Assembly (NCBI GenBank): GCA_965198175.1
Contig: OZ240245.1
Coordinates: 4,224,001 to 4,288,000 of the forward strand
Origin: Candidatus Poribacteria bacterium
Lineage (GTDB): Bacteria; Poribacteria; WGA-4E; PCPOR2b
Direction of reading: 5' to 3'
Length of the DNA: 64,000 nucleotides
Each line of letters starts with the position of its first letter. The stretch's first letter is position 1. A program made the position numbers and the translations under genes. Positions 17,735 through 28,167 of this stretch are shown one piece after another. A model generated the notes under the pieces. That model searched no databases, was not told where the DNA came from, and saw only the letters and a program-made list of their open reading frames with translations.

Positions 17735-17806
17735 TGTTCTCCGGTTCCTTTTGATTTCTTATGGATTACATATTACGACTGACCCCTCACATTTTGGAGA
17801 TTAACC

Positions 17807-19366
17807 ATGTTTCAGGATTGTCCAAAAGTGAATGTACAAATTCCCACACATCAACTGGCTTGGATTCTTGATGACTGCTTTAGCGGGCAAGAGATTATCA
17901 CGCTAGCAGATCAATGTGGAATCCAGTGTGAATCGGAGCAATCGCGTTCCCTGCCGAAAAAATTAGCGGATGATTTCTTTGATAAAGCCATTATTGAAAA
18001 GATGGTAAGCTGGTATCTCTTACAAAAGGCACAACATGCTGCGCGTCGAGTAGAATACATGAATGACGAGGAAATCCGGTTCTTCTTGCGAGACACCGCT
18101 CAACTTCTAGAGGATGGGGAATTTGGCGCGATGATTTGGGCGCTCTTGATTAATCCGCGTGACGCTGTGCAGCAGCACGGCTTGAATCTGCTTGCGCAGC
18201 ACGACCAACTCCTTCAGTCCCAAGGTGCTTCTAGCAAAACTACCGAAGATACAGATTCTCGTGGCTTCTCCGCAGAATCCGATGAAGATGGGTCGGATGT
18301 GGACGTCGAGAGTGCCCATCCAAGTCACGATGTAGGTGACGAAGCTGCCAACACCCCTCTGTTAGTTAGTCCGGATCTAAAGCCTGACTTAAACCAATTC
18401 GCTGAGCAAAACGAAAAGATGGATCAACTCCACCAGACAATTCATGAACTTCAGCTTGAACAAGCGACGGTACAACACGAAAATAGTGAACTGAAACAAC
18501 AACTTCAGGAGTTAGCCGAAGAAATCCGTCGCATAAAAGATCACGAGCAGCATCAATACAAAGAAGTTGAATCCCGTTGCCAGCGACTAGAGCATGAAAA
18601 TAAAACGCTTCGAGAAGATGTGGAGAACCTTTCTAATCAACTTAGCGAACTGCATCAACTAAAAGCAGAAAGAACACAGCTTGCACTGGAATTAAAATCT
18701 GTTGAAAAAGCAGCCTACCGGAGCCTGGAAATCATCGAACGGAGCCAATCGGATTTCCGAACCCAATCTGTTGATTTGCCGGAGAGCCACAAAACTTCGA
18801 GAGTCGTGACGACGCGTGCGGAGGAAAGAGTTTCAACAAAAATCATCGACAGGCAAGTTAATAGCGGAGGAAACCGGAATCGTATAATGGCAAGCCAGCC
18901 TGCCGTCGGGGTCTTTGTTGATGTCCAGAACATGTTCTATGCAGCGAAAGATCGTTACGCCGGACGTGTAGATTACATTAAACTGCTGGACCTCATCGTA
19001 GGTCCCCGCCAACTAGTTCTGGCGTATGCGTATGTCGTTCAAATTCCTGAAATTAACCAAGCGGGTTTCTTGTCACTTCTGGAACACAACGGCTATACCA
19101 TAAAAAGTAAAGACTTACGGCTGCGTGGAGATGGATCGGCAAAAGGGGATTGGGATGTTGGAATTACGATAGACGTTGTTTCAAGGCTAGACGCCTTGGA
19201 TGTCGTCATTCTGGCGAGTGGCGATGGGGATTTCTGCGCCCTTGCTGAAACGATAAAGCAGCAGCAGAAGCGTATTGAGGTAGTAGCTTTTGAACATAAT
19301 ACGTCAATGGATCTGCTACGTGCCGCCGATCAGTTTTTCCCAATTGGCGACGATTTGTTGATTTAA
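17807..19366 (+). CDS. NYN (LabA/DUF88) domain protein with N-terminal helical domain and long coiled coil
   Basis: C-terminal VFVDVQNMFY...KGDWDVGITID...LASGDGDF..L; central Q/E/L heptad-rich segment. Confidence 0.85.
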   Translation: MFQDCPKVNVQIPTHQLAWILDDCFSGQEIITLADQCGIQCESEQSRSLPKKLADDFFDKAIIEKMVSWYLLQKAQHAARRVEYMNDEEIRFFLRDTAQLLEDGEFGAMIWALLINPRDAVQQHGLNLLAQHDQLLQSQGASSKTTEDTDSRGFSAESDEDGSDVDVESAHPSHDVGDEAANTPLLVSPDLKPDLNQFAEQNEKMDQLHQTIHELQLEQATVQHENSELKQQLQELAEEIRRIKDHEQHQYKEVESRCQRLEHENKTLREDVENLSNQLSELHQLKAERTQLALELKSVEKAAYRSLEIIERSQSDFRTQSVDLPESHKTSRVVTTRAEERVSTKIIDRQVNSGGNRNRIMASQPAVGVFVDVQNMFYAAKDRYAGRVDYIKLLDLIVGPRQLVLAYAYVVQIPEINQAGFLSLLEHNGYTIKSKDLRLRGDGSAKGDWDVGITIDVVSRLDALDVVILASGDGDFCALAETIKQQQKRIEVVAFEHNTSMDLLRAADQFFPIGDDLLI

Positions 19367-20055
19367 TACATAATCCGCGATGTAGTAGCAACTTTGTACG
19401 CTTTATCGTTGTGAATAATTGTTTAAGAATTTCGACAGCCTACCGGTATTTTTTTGGGGGAGCAACGCCACACTGGTCAAGTATAACATCAGATTCGATT
19501 ATCCTTACTCCTGGAAGTTTTGAGAATGATTCTGTTATTGATCTGCTTGTATTAAGAGCTTGTTTGAAAAGTCATTTGATACGTTATAGCACCAAGTAAA
19601 TAGAAAGGACGTACACCATAGTCTCAGCAGTCTGGGGATAGCGTTCACAGTCCAATGTCAATCGACGACACCTTTCCGGACATTCTCCGATAAAAACATG
19701 CAGACCTTAACGAACACGACTCGACGGCTTATGCGCGTTCGATCCCAAGATAATATCGGTCACAATTTCAGCATCGCAATCGGTTAAGAAGTCTTACGGT
19801 TCCCAACAATGGTAACCGCCCCTCCTTTAACGATTTTACACATTTGTTAGCATTGCATGAAGCCTAGATTTGGTGCGGTTATCACGACCTCCGCGCCTGA
19901 TTTTACGCGAATTCTTGTAAAAAGAAGTGTCTTTCCCTTTCATGCCACCCGAATACTGCCTCCCCATACTTAAAACTTTTGAACTGCCCGTATCCCTTGA
20001 CACATCAGGCTTTCCGAGTCCAAACCAATCCCAAATTGAAGGAGATTATAGCGTT

Positions 20056-20070
20056 TGGCATATGATTTGC
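20056..20070 (+). promoter_or_regulatory. Sigma-54 (-24/-12) promoter upstream of the giant protease/adhesin gene
   Basis: TGGCATATGATTTGC = GG-N10-GC; palindrome TTTTAC-N2-GAATTC-N2-GTAAAA at 19901-19922 at enhancer-like distance. Confidence 0.7.
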
Positions 20071-20257
20071 GCCATCACATGTACCGCAATCTAATCAACG
20101 TACCTGATGCAATACTATGCAGGAAATTTTGGCTGCACGACAGTCCCTACGATTCAGTCGGGCAGGGCATCAAGCCAAGAAGGAATATAAACGATAAAAA
20201 CCACTAGCTCTTTAGGAATACTGTACGGAATTTGCCTTTACACCAAAGGAGGATTCT

Positions 20258-20326
20258 GTGGCAAAATCTATCATCTGTGTGGCAGATAAAGCTGAAGAAT
20301 CAATAACTGAACCATTACCGCCTTAG
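20258..20326 (+). CDS. Putative 22-aa leader ORF (MAKSIICVADKAEESITEPLPP)
   Basis: SD AAAGGAGG at 20245-20252, GTG start; its TAG abuts the GAGGTG SD of the downstream gene. Confidence 0.35.
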   Translation: MAKSIICVADKAEESITEPLPP

Positions 20327-20339
20327 AGGTGCGGTTCCT

Positions 20340-23300
20340 ATGAAATTTACAAAAGGTTTGTTTACAGCCTTTTTCTTGATGTTAATTTTGCGTGGATTGA
20401 TTTCCGATGCTATGAGCCAAGAGGCAGCGCCGGGATCGACGGTTATTTTATACGGAACCAATGAAGACGCGAATACAAGCGTTCCTCCGCCGCCGATGCA
20501 AACACCACCCCCACATGCTCGCCGGTTCAGGGCGGTAAATCCACAGTTCACGGTAACCTATCACGGTTTTACGGATGAAGCCAGGGCAGCATTTCAATAT
20601 GCGGTTGATATTTGGGGTTCGCTAATCCGGTCACCAGTGACCATCCAAATAGACGCAACGTTTGCGAACCTTGAGTCCGGTACTTTGGGACAGGCAGGTC
20701 CAAATTACGTTATCCCTAGCCGGGAGATGTATTTTCCTGATGCTCTCGCTGATAAAAGGGCGGGGCAAGATGTGGGGAATGGTCGAATAGACATCGAAGC
20801 GGAATTCAATAGTAACGAGCAGATATGGTATTTTGGCACGGATGGCAACACGCCTTCAGGTAAATACGATTTTGTTAGCGCTGTGCTTCATGAGATTGGT
20901 CACGGTCTTGGTATTACTAGCGCAAGGAGAATTATTGAAACATTTTCCGGTCTCGAAGGCGCTCTTAGGATTGGGGAAGGTCATTTTCCTACGGTTTACG
21001 ATACTTTTGTCGTAAATGGAGCAGGAACAGTGATTACGAATTTTGCTGATCCTTCGACCACTCTTCTAGAGCAGTTCACCGGTAACAGCCTCTATTGGAA
21101 TGGGTCAAATGGGAAACTTGCGAACAGTGGAACTCGCCCCAAACTTTTCGCACCCACTTGGTGGATTCAAGGGTCGAGCTACGTCCACTTAGACGAGGAG
21201 ACGTATCGGTCGGGCGACTTGAACTCTTTAATGACGCCGTATTTTGATAGGGCAGAAGCCATTCACAATCCTGGTCCGATCGCACTCGGCATACTCGAGG
21301 ATATGGGGTGGACAATCAACGAAGCGCCGAAGTTTGCCGAGGACAGCACCACCCGCTCCGTGGCGGAGAATACGGCTGCGGACGTAGATATCGGTAGCGC
21401 GGTGACTGCGGCGGATGCCAACAATGCCGATACAGATGATAACACGGACGATATCTTGACATTCATCTTAAGCGGTACTGATGCGGCATCGTTTGACATT
21501 GACTCCTTTACTGGGCAGTTGAAGACAAGGGGGGCACTCGACTACGAAACTAAAACTTCCTATACGGTAACGGTCATCGCCTCCGATGGAAGCCTCAAGG
21601 ACTCCACCACAGTCAAGATTGATGTTACTGACGTTGACGAAACTCCCACCAACAGCGTGCCAGTGTTCGCCGAGGGCAGCGCTACCAGCCGTACAGTGGC
21701 GGAGAATACAGGAGCAGGCGTGAACATCGGTAGCGCGGTTACAGCCACGGATGCCGACAACGATACCTTAACCTACTCGCTCCACGGCACTGATGCAGCG
21801 TGGTTTGACATTGATAGTGGATCCGGACAGTTGAAGACGAGCGAAGCACTCGACTATGAAACCAAAATCGCCTATACCGTAACAATTAGTGTTTCCGATG
21901 ATACTGACACGGCTTCCATTACGGTCACAGTAGGTGTCAGCGACGTAAACGAAGCCGCGCCGGTGTTCTCGGAGGGCACCACCACCGCCCGCGCAGTGGC
22001 GGAGAACACAGGAGCAAGGGAAAACATCGGTAGTGAAGTGGCAGCTACGGATGCCGACAACGATACCCTAACCTACACACTGAGCGGCACGGACGCCTAT
22101 TCGTTTGACATTGACCGCACATCTGGACAGTTGAAGACGAGAGCAACTCTCGACTACGAAACGAAAGCTGTCTACACAGTAATGGTCACCGCCTCCGATG
22201 GAAGTCTTGAAAACCAAACGACGGTCACTATCAACGTCACCGACGTAGACGAAGCGCCTGATGTAGCCATCTGTCAAGTTGGAGACGTTCTCGGACCTGG
22301 GGAAAGTTGTACTTACCCCGACACCGATACAGAGTTTGCTGTGCTTGATAACGGTCAGGCGAGCCTGGATGACCCCGATTTACCCACGTGGTTCAACCAA
22401 ATATCCATTGGCAACTCACTGAACATTACTGCAACTGTCAATGGTGTACCCTATCACTTCGTTGCCAATGCAATTTCCGATGGTTCATGGAGAATAGACG
22501 AACTTGGAGAAATCTCCGTTCCGCCGGTAGACCCAGCTAGCTTGAGCGTGACTGCTTCACCAACGTTAACAGAGGCGACGCTCAATGGGGGCGTGGTTAC
22601 ACTGACACTGAGCGGAAGTGCTTACTCGCGATTTAGTTACAATGCTGTGACCGTATCAGGCATTACCGGCGTAACAACGTCCAATGTCGAGCGGGTCAGC
22701 GATACGGAGGTAACAGTTCAACTTTCATTCAGCGGAAACATGGACACCGATGGTATGCTGACCTTCACGGTTGGTGCGGATGCGATAGCAGGCTACAACG
22801 GTGCCGCACTCACTGCGGGAATATCTGTCACTGCGCTTGCGGAATCGGTGGTCGCTTCAACATCGACGCCGTTGACAGAGAGGACACTGAATGGGGGCGT
22901 GGTTACACTGACACTGAACGGTGGTACTTTTGAACTTCAGACCGCCATCAGAAATAACGTGGCGGTATCAGGTATTGCAGGTGTAACAGTTGATTCTTTC
23001 GATGTCGAGCGTATAAGCGATACGATAGCAACGGTTGAACTGACATTTGACGGCACTGACTTTGACACCAATTCCACGCTGACCTTTACGGTTGGAGCCG
23101 ACGCGATAGCCGGCTATGACGGTGCTGCGCTCACCGCGGGAATACCTGTCACCGCATTGGCGGAATCGGTAGTTGCTACAACACCTGCTCCGTTGACAGC
23201 GGAAACACTGAATGAGAGCGTGGTTACACTAACATTGAACGGTGGTACATACGAAACTCAGACCACCGTCAGAAATAACGTGATGGTATCGGGTATTACT

Positions 23301-26300
23301 GGCGCAACGGTTGGAACTTTCGGTGTCGAGCGTGTAAGCGATACAGTGGTAACGGTTGAACTGACATATGACGGTTCTAACCTTGACACCAATGCCACCC
23401 TGACCTTCACAATCGCTTCGGACGCTATAATGGGCTACAGCGGTTCCGCCCTGTCAGCACAAATACCCGTCGCTGCCTCATCAAACAGTGCCCCGGTGTT
23501 CGCCGAAGGCACCACCACTGCCCGCTCAGTGGCGGAGAATACGGGGACAGGCGTAAACATCGGTAGCACAGTGACGGCTACGGATGCGGACAATGATACC
23601 CTAACCTACACCCTAAGTGGTACTGACGCAGCAGCGTTTGATATTGACCGTACAACTGGGCAGTTGAAAACAAGGGCAGCACTTGATTATGAAACCAAAC
23701 GCGCTTATACCGTTACGGTCATCGCATCCGACGGAAGTCTCACCGCCTCCATCACTGTCACTATCACCATCAGCAACGCAAACGATGCACCGGTCTTCAC
23801 TGCGGGCGGTAGTACCAGCCGTACAGTGGCGGAGAATACGGGGGCAGGTGTGAACATCGGCGGTGCAGTGGCAGCTACGGACCCCGACAACGATGCCCTA
23901 ACCTACACCCTGAGCGGCACCGACGCTTCTTCGTTTGATATTGACCGCGCATCTGGGCAGTTGACGACGAGAGCAGCTCTCGACTACGAAACCAAAGCTG
24001 CCTACACGGTAGTGATTACTGTCTCCGACGGCAGTCTCACAGACTCAATCACCGTCACCATCAATGTCACCAACGTACCTGAAACTCCCACGAACAGGGC
24101 GCCGGTGTTCTCCGAAGGGAGCACTACTAGCCGTGCAGTGGCAGAGAATACGGCGGCGGACGCTAGCATCGGTAGCGCGGTGGCGGCTACAGATCCGGAC
24201 AACGATGCCCTAACCTATACCCTCAATGGTACCGATGCCTCTTCGTTTGATATTGACCGCACGTCCGGGCAGTTGAAGACGAGAGCAGCACTCAACTACG
24301 AGTCCAAAACTGCCTATACGGTAGTGATTACTGTCTCCGACGGCAGTCTCACGGACTCCATTACGGTCACTATCAACGTCACTGACCTAGACGATCAAGC
24401 AAGTCCGACGATAACGTTAGACGCACCACCTCTAACGGAGACAACGTTGAACGGGAGCGTAGTCACACTGAGGTTGAGCAACCGAGTCTATGTGCGCTGG
24501 CTGAGCGACCTTGTGACGGTATCGGGTATTGATGGCGTATCCGTTAGGTCGTTTGATGTGAGGCGTGCGAGCGATACGGTGGTAACAATTGAATTGACAT
24601 ACGACGGTACGGACTTTGATACCGATGCCACCCTCATATTTAAGGTCCGGGCGGGTGCAATAGCAGATTACGACGGGGCTGCATTGACGGATGCCCTACC
24701 CGTCACTGCGAGTCAGGAATCAGTGGTTGTCTCACCCGGGTCCTTGACGGAGGCGACTCTGAATGGGAGCATTGTGACACTGACGTTAAGCGGCGGTGTC
24801 TACGAATCCCGGTTCACCGTCGGAAATAATGTGACGGTGTCGGGTATTGACGGCGTTACTTTTCGCAGCTTCGATGTAGATAGGGTCAGCCATACGGCGG
24901 TAACAGTTGAACTGAGGTTTGACGGTACGGACTTTGATACGGACGCTACCCTAACCTTCACGGTTGGAGCTGGTGCAATAGAAAATTATAATGGAGCCGC
25001 ATTCACTGCGGCAATTCCTGTCACAGCGGTGGTGGAAGAAACACCAAGAATGACCGTATCATCTTCACAATCGCTCACAGAGACAACCCTGGATGAAAGC
25101 ATGGTCACACTCACGTTGTCCTCCGGTGCTTACGCACAATCTAGTTTTGATGTCAGCCGTGCTGTCACGGTGTCAGGGATTGATGGCGTCACATTTCGCA
25201 GGTTTGATGTGGATCGGGTCAGCGATACGGTGGTAACGGTTGAACTGACATACGACGGTACAGACTTTGACACCGATGCTACCCTTACCTTTACAGTTGG
25301 AGCGGGTGCAATCGCAAACTATAACGGCGACTCACTAACTGCGGGAATACCTGTCACTGCGGTGGTAGAGGAAGATCCAACGATAACTGCATCAACCCCA
25401 CAGCCGCTTACGGAGGCAACCCTAGATGAGAGTGTGGTGACATTAACGCTAATAAACCGCACATACGTGCGATCTAGCTTCGACATTAGAGATGCTGTGA
25501 CAGTAGACGGCATCGTCGGCGTCGCTGTTGGAACCTTCGGAGTAGACCGTTTGAGCGACTCGGAGGTGACCGTTGAACTGACATTCAACGGCAACTTTGA
25601 CACGGATGCCACCCTCACCTTCTCCGTCGAAGCGGACGCAATAGCGGACTACAACGGCCCCGCGCTGATTGCGCAAGTACCTGTCACCGGAGGGCAGGAA
25701 TTGGTAACTGCCTCAACAGAAGGACCGCTGACAGAAGCAACACTTGATGACAGCGTCGTCACACTCACGCTAAGCGGCGGTGTTTACGAACAATCTACCT
25801 TCGACCTCAGAGATGCCGTGACAGTAGACGGCATTGACGGTGTCACGATTCACGGGTTTGATTTGGAGCGCGTCAGCGGTACGGTAGTTACCGTCGAACT
25901 GACATTCGTCGGCAATATTGACACCGATGCCGCCCTCACCTTCTCCGTCGGCGCCGATGCAATAACAGGATACAACGGACCCGCACTCACAGCACAACTA
26001 CCCGTCACCGCTGGACAGGAATCGGTAACTGCATCAACAGAGGCGCCCTTGACAGAAACTACCCTTGATGGCAGCGTGGTCACACTCACACTTAACGGGG
26101 CTAAATACGCACGTTCTATCTTTAACATCAGAGATGCTGTGACGGTAGCCGGATTTGACGGTGTAACAATTCCTTGGCACCAACCAGACCGAGAGAGCGA
26201 TACCGTAATCACCGTTGAACTTGAATTCAACGGAAACATTGACACGGATGCTACCCTCACCGTCTCCGTCGGCGCCGATGCAATAGCCGGTTACAACGGC

Positions 26301-27911
26301 CCCGCACTCACAGCACAACTACCCGTCACCGCTGGGCAGGAATCGGTAACCGCATCAACAGAAACCTCCTTGACAGAAGCAACGCTGGCTGGAAGTTTGG
26401 TTACATTGACGCTAAGCGACGGTGTTTACACACAATCGATATTCGATATTAGAGATGCTGTCACCGTATCCGGCATTGACGGCGTAACAATACCTTGGCA
26501 CCAGCCAGATCGAGAGAGCGACACCGTTATCACCGTTGAACTCGGATTCCACGGCAACTTTGATACCGATGCCACCCTTACCTTTTCCGTCGGCGCCGAT
26601 GCATTAGCGGGATACGACGGCCCTGCGCTGCTTTCACAAGTACCTGTCACCGCCGGGCAGGAATCCATAGTGGCATCAACAGAGGCACCATTGACAGAGG
26701 TAACCCTAAATGAGAGCGTCGTCACACTCACGCTAAACGGAGCTAAATACGCACGTTCGAGCTTTGACATCAGAGATGCTGTGACGGTATCCGGTATTGA
26801 CGGTGTGACAATTCCTTGGCACCAACCAGACCGGGAGAGCGACACCGTTATCACCGTTGAACTTGAATTCAGCGGTGACTTCGACACCGATACGGCACTA
26901 ACCTTTGCTGTGGGAGCAGAAGCAATAGCGAGCTACGATGGTCCTGCATTCACTGCCCAAATTCCTGTCACCGCTAACACGGAATCGGTAGTTGCCTCTG
27001 CTGCGTCCCCATTGACAGAAGTAACCCTAAATGAGAGCGTCGTCACACTCACGCTAAACGGGGCTAAATATGCACGTTCTAGCTTTGACATCAGAGATGG
27101 GGTAACGCTATCTGGTATTCCCGGCGTAACAATACCTTGGCACCAACCAGACCGAGAGAGTGATACGGAAATCACTGTTGAACTTGAATTTAGTGGGAAC
27201 ATCAACACTGATAGCACGCTGACCTTCACCGTGGGCGCAGATGCCATCGCAAACTACAACGGGTCCGCACTCACAGCCGAAATATCCGTCACCGCAGGTC
27301 CGGAAGGGGATGCAAACCAGGATGGTATCGTGGACATCGAAGATTTGGTGGAGGTCGCTTCAAATTTCCAGCAGACAGGACCAAATAACGCTGATGTCAA
27401 CGGAGATGGCATCGTAGATGTAAAAGACTTGCTTTTAGTTGCAGGTGCGCTAGAGAACACGGCAGCCGCGCCTGCCGCACATCCACAAGCACTGACGATC
27501 CTGACCGCCGCCGATATCCAAGGTTGGTTGGCTCAAGCACGGCAGTTAAACCTGACAGATGCAACATCACAAAGGGGCATTCTCTTCTTAGAGCAACTTC
27601 TCGCAACGCTGGCACCGAAAGAGACGGCGCTCCTGCCAAACTACCCGAATCCATTCAATCCGGAGACGTGGATACCGTATCGGTTGGCGGAGGACGCTTT
27701 GGTAACGCTGACCATCTATGACCAGAGCGGTCAGCTAGTCCGTACGCTTGAGATCGGGCATCGGATGGCTGGATTCTACGAGACTCGGTCAAAGGCTATC
27801 TACTGGGATGGTCGGAACCAGTTCGGTGAACAGGTAGCAAGTGGCGTGTATTTCTATCACCTGTCCGCAGGCGATCATTACGCCACGCGGAAGATGTTGG
27901 TTCTGAAATAG
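20340..27911 (+). CDS. Giant secreted protein: Zn-metalloprotease domain, 6 cadherin domains, 12 ~100-aa LTExTL repeats, dockerin, C-terminal FlgD/T9SS-sorting-like domain
   Basis: Signal peptide; VLHEIGHGLG; P.F.....R.VAENT..A.D.D.D.LTY...GQLKT..LDYE x6; GDANQDGIVDIEDL / DVNGDGIVDVKDL; LLPNYPNPFNPETWIPY. Confidence 0.9.
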   Translation: MKFTKGLFTAFFLMLILRGLISDAMSQEAAPGSTVILYGTNEDANTSVPPPPMQTPPPHARRFRAVNPQFTVTYHGFTDEARAAFQYAVDIWGSLIRSPVTIQIDATFANLESGTLGQAGPNYVIPSREMYFPDALADKRAGQDVGNGRIDIEAEFNSNEQIWYFGTDGNTPSGKYDFVSAVLHEIGHGLGITSARRIIETFSGLEGALRIGEGHFPTVYDTFVVNGAGTVITNFADPSTTLLEQFTGNSLYWNGSNGKLANSGTRPKLFAPTWWIQGSSYVHLDEETYRSGDLNSLMTPYFDRAEAIHNPGPIALGILEDMGWTINEAPKFAEDSTTRSVAENTAADVDIGSAVTAADANNADTDDNTDDILTFILSGTDAASFDIDSFTGQLKTRGALDYETKTSYTVTVIASDGSLKDSTTVKIDVTDVDETPTNSVPVFAEGSATSRTVAENTGAGVNIGSAVTATDADNDTLTYSLHGTDAAWFDIDSGSGQLKTSEALDYETKIAYTVTISVSDDTDTASITVTVGVSDVNEAAPVFSEGTTTARAVAENTGARENIGSEVAATDADNDTLTYTLSGTDAYSFDIDRTSGQLKTRATLDYETKAVYTVMVTASDGSLENQTTVTINVTDVDEAPDVAICQVGDVLGPGESCTYPDTDTEFAVLDNGQASLDDPDLPTWFNQISIGNSLNITATVNGVPYHFVANAISDGSWRIDELGEISVPPVDPASLSVTASPTLTEATLNGGVVTLTLSGSAYSRFSYNAVTVSGITGVTTSNVERVSDTEVTVQLSFSGNMDTDGMLTFTVGADAIAGYNGAALTAGISVTALAESVVASTSTPLTERTLNGGVVTLTLNGGTFELQTAIRNNVAVSGIAGVTVDSFDVERISDTIATVELTFDGTDFDTNSTLTFTVGADAIAGYDGAALTAGIPVTALAESVVATTPAPLTAETLNESVVTLTLNGGTYETQTTVRNNVMVSGITGATVGTFGVERVSDTVVTVELTYDGSNLDTNATLTFTIASDAIMGYSGSALSAQIPVAASSNSAPVFAEGTTTARSVAENTGTGVNIGSTVTATDADNDTLTYTLSGTDAAAFDIDRTTGQLKTRAALDYETKRAYTVTVIASDGSLTASITVTITISNANDAPVFTAGGSTSRTVAENTGAGVNIGGAVAATDPDNDALTYTLSGTDASSFDIDRASGQLTTRAALDYETKAAYTVVITVSDGSLTDSITVTINVTNVPETPTNRAPVFSEGSTTSRAVAENTAADASIGSAVAATDPDNDALTYTLNGTDASSFDIDRTSGQLKTRAALNYESKTAYTVVITVSDGSLTDSITVTINVTDLDDQASPTITLDAPPLTETTLNGSVVTLRLSNRVYVRWLSDLVTVSGIDGVSVRSFDVRRASDTVVTIELTYDGTDFDTDATLIFKVRAGAIADYDGAALTDALPVTASQESVVVSPGSLTEATLNGSIVTLTLSGGVYESRFTVGNNVTVSGIDGVTFRSFDVDRVSHTAVTVELRFDGTDFDTDATLTFTVGAGAIENYNGAAFTAAIPVTAVVEETPRMTVSSSQSLTETTLDESMVTLTLSSGAYAQSSFDVSRAVTVSGIDGVTFRRFDVDRVSDTVVTVELTYDGTDFDTDATLTFTVGAGAIANYNGDSLTAGIPVTAVVEEDPTITASTPQPLTEATLDESVVTLTLINRTYVRSSFDIRDAVTVDGIVGVAVGTFGVDRLSDSEVTVELTFNGNFDTDATLTFSVEADAIADYNGPALIAQVPVTGGQELVTASTEGPLTEATLDDSVVTLTLSGGVYEQSTFDLRDAVTVDGIDGVTIHGFDLERVSGTVVTVELTFVGNIDTDAALTFSVGADAITGYNGPALTAQLPVTAGQESVTASTEAPLTETTLDGSVVTLTLNGAKYARSIFNIRDAVTVAGFDGVTIPWHQPDRESDTVITVELEFNGNIDTDATLTVSVGADAIAGYNGPALTAQLPVTAGQESVTASTETSLTEATLAGSLVTLTLSDGVYTQSIFDIRDAVTVSGIDGVTIPWHQPDRESDTVITVELGFHGNFDTDATLTFSVGADALAGYDGPALLSQVPVTAGQESIVASTEAPLTEVTLNESVVTLTLNGAKYARSSFDIRDAVTVSGIDGVTIPWHQPDRESDTVITVELEFSGDFDTDTALTFAVGAEAIASYDGPAFTAQIPVTANTESVVASAASPLTEVTLNESVVTLTLNGAKYARSSFDIRDGVTLSGIPGVTIPWHQPDRESDTEITVELEFSGNINTDSTLTFTVGADAIANYNGSALTAEISVTAGPEGDANQDGIVDIEDLVEVASNFQQTGPNNADVNGDGIVDVKDLLLVAGALENTAAAPAAHPQALTILTAADIQGWLAQARQLNLTDATSQRGILFLEQLLATLAPKETALLPNYPNPFNPETWIPYRLAEDALVTLTIYDQSGQLVRTLEIGHRMAGFYETRSKAIYWDGRNQFGEQVASGVYFYHLSAGDHYATRKMLVLK

Positions 27912-27987
27912 TATCAGTCGACCAAATGATAATTAATCTTATAGATGATACTGTGGGCTGTATTGTTTTGGGGCTTCATATTGACCT

Positions 27988-28028
27988 CCATCAACCGATT
28001 GTAGTTGATGGCAATCCCATCTTTTTTA
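27988..28028 (+). terminator. Possible terminator after the giant gene
   Basis: Hairpin CCATCAAC/GTTGATGG with a T-tract about 10 nt downstream. Confidence 0.35.
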
Positions 28029-28167
28029 GTTTACTCGTGGGGTCATTTCATTTAACCTAAAAGTAGCAATAGATTGGCAGAAGGGGAACAGACATTGGCT
28101 GCTTGTTCTCCTTCTGTTTCTTCCTCAAAAATGTAAAGTTCATCCTAAACTTGAAAGGAACACAAAA

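Noticed and set aside
19554..19572. AAGAGCTTGTTTGAAAAGT resembling an IS terminal repeat
   Set aside because: No matching inverted partner or transposase remnant was found nearby
19411..19599. 62-aa ORF in the long intergenic region
   Set aside because: No SD or recognisable motif; likely spurious
21300..27300. Long direct repeats considered as a CRISPR array or DGR template/variable repeats
   Set aside because: They are in-frame protein-domain repeats with no repeat-spacer structure, and no cas or reverse transcriptase gene is in the window
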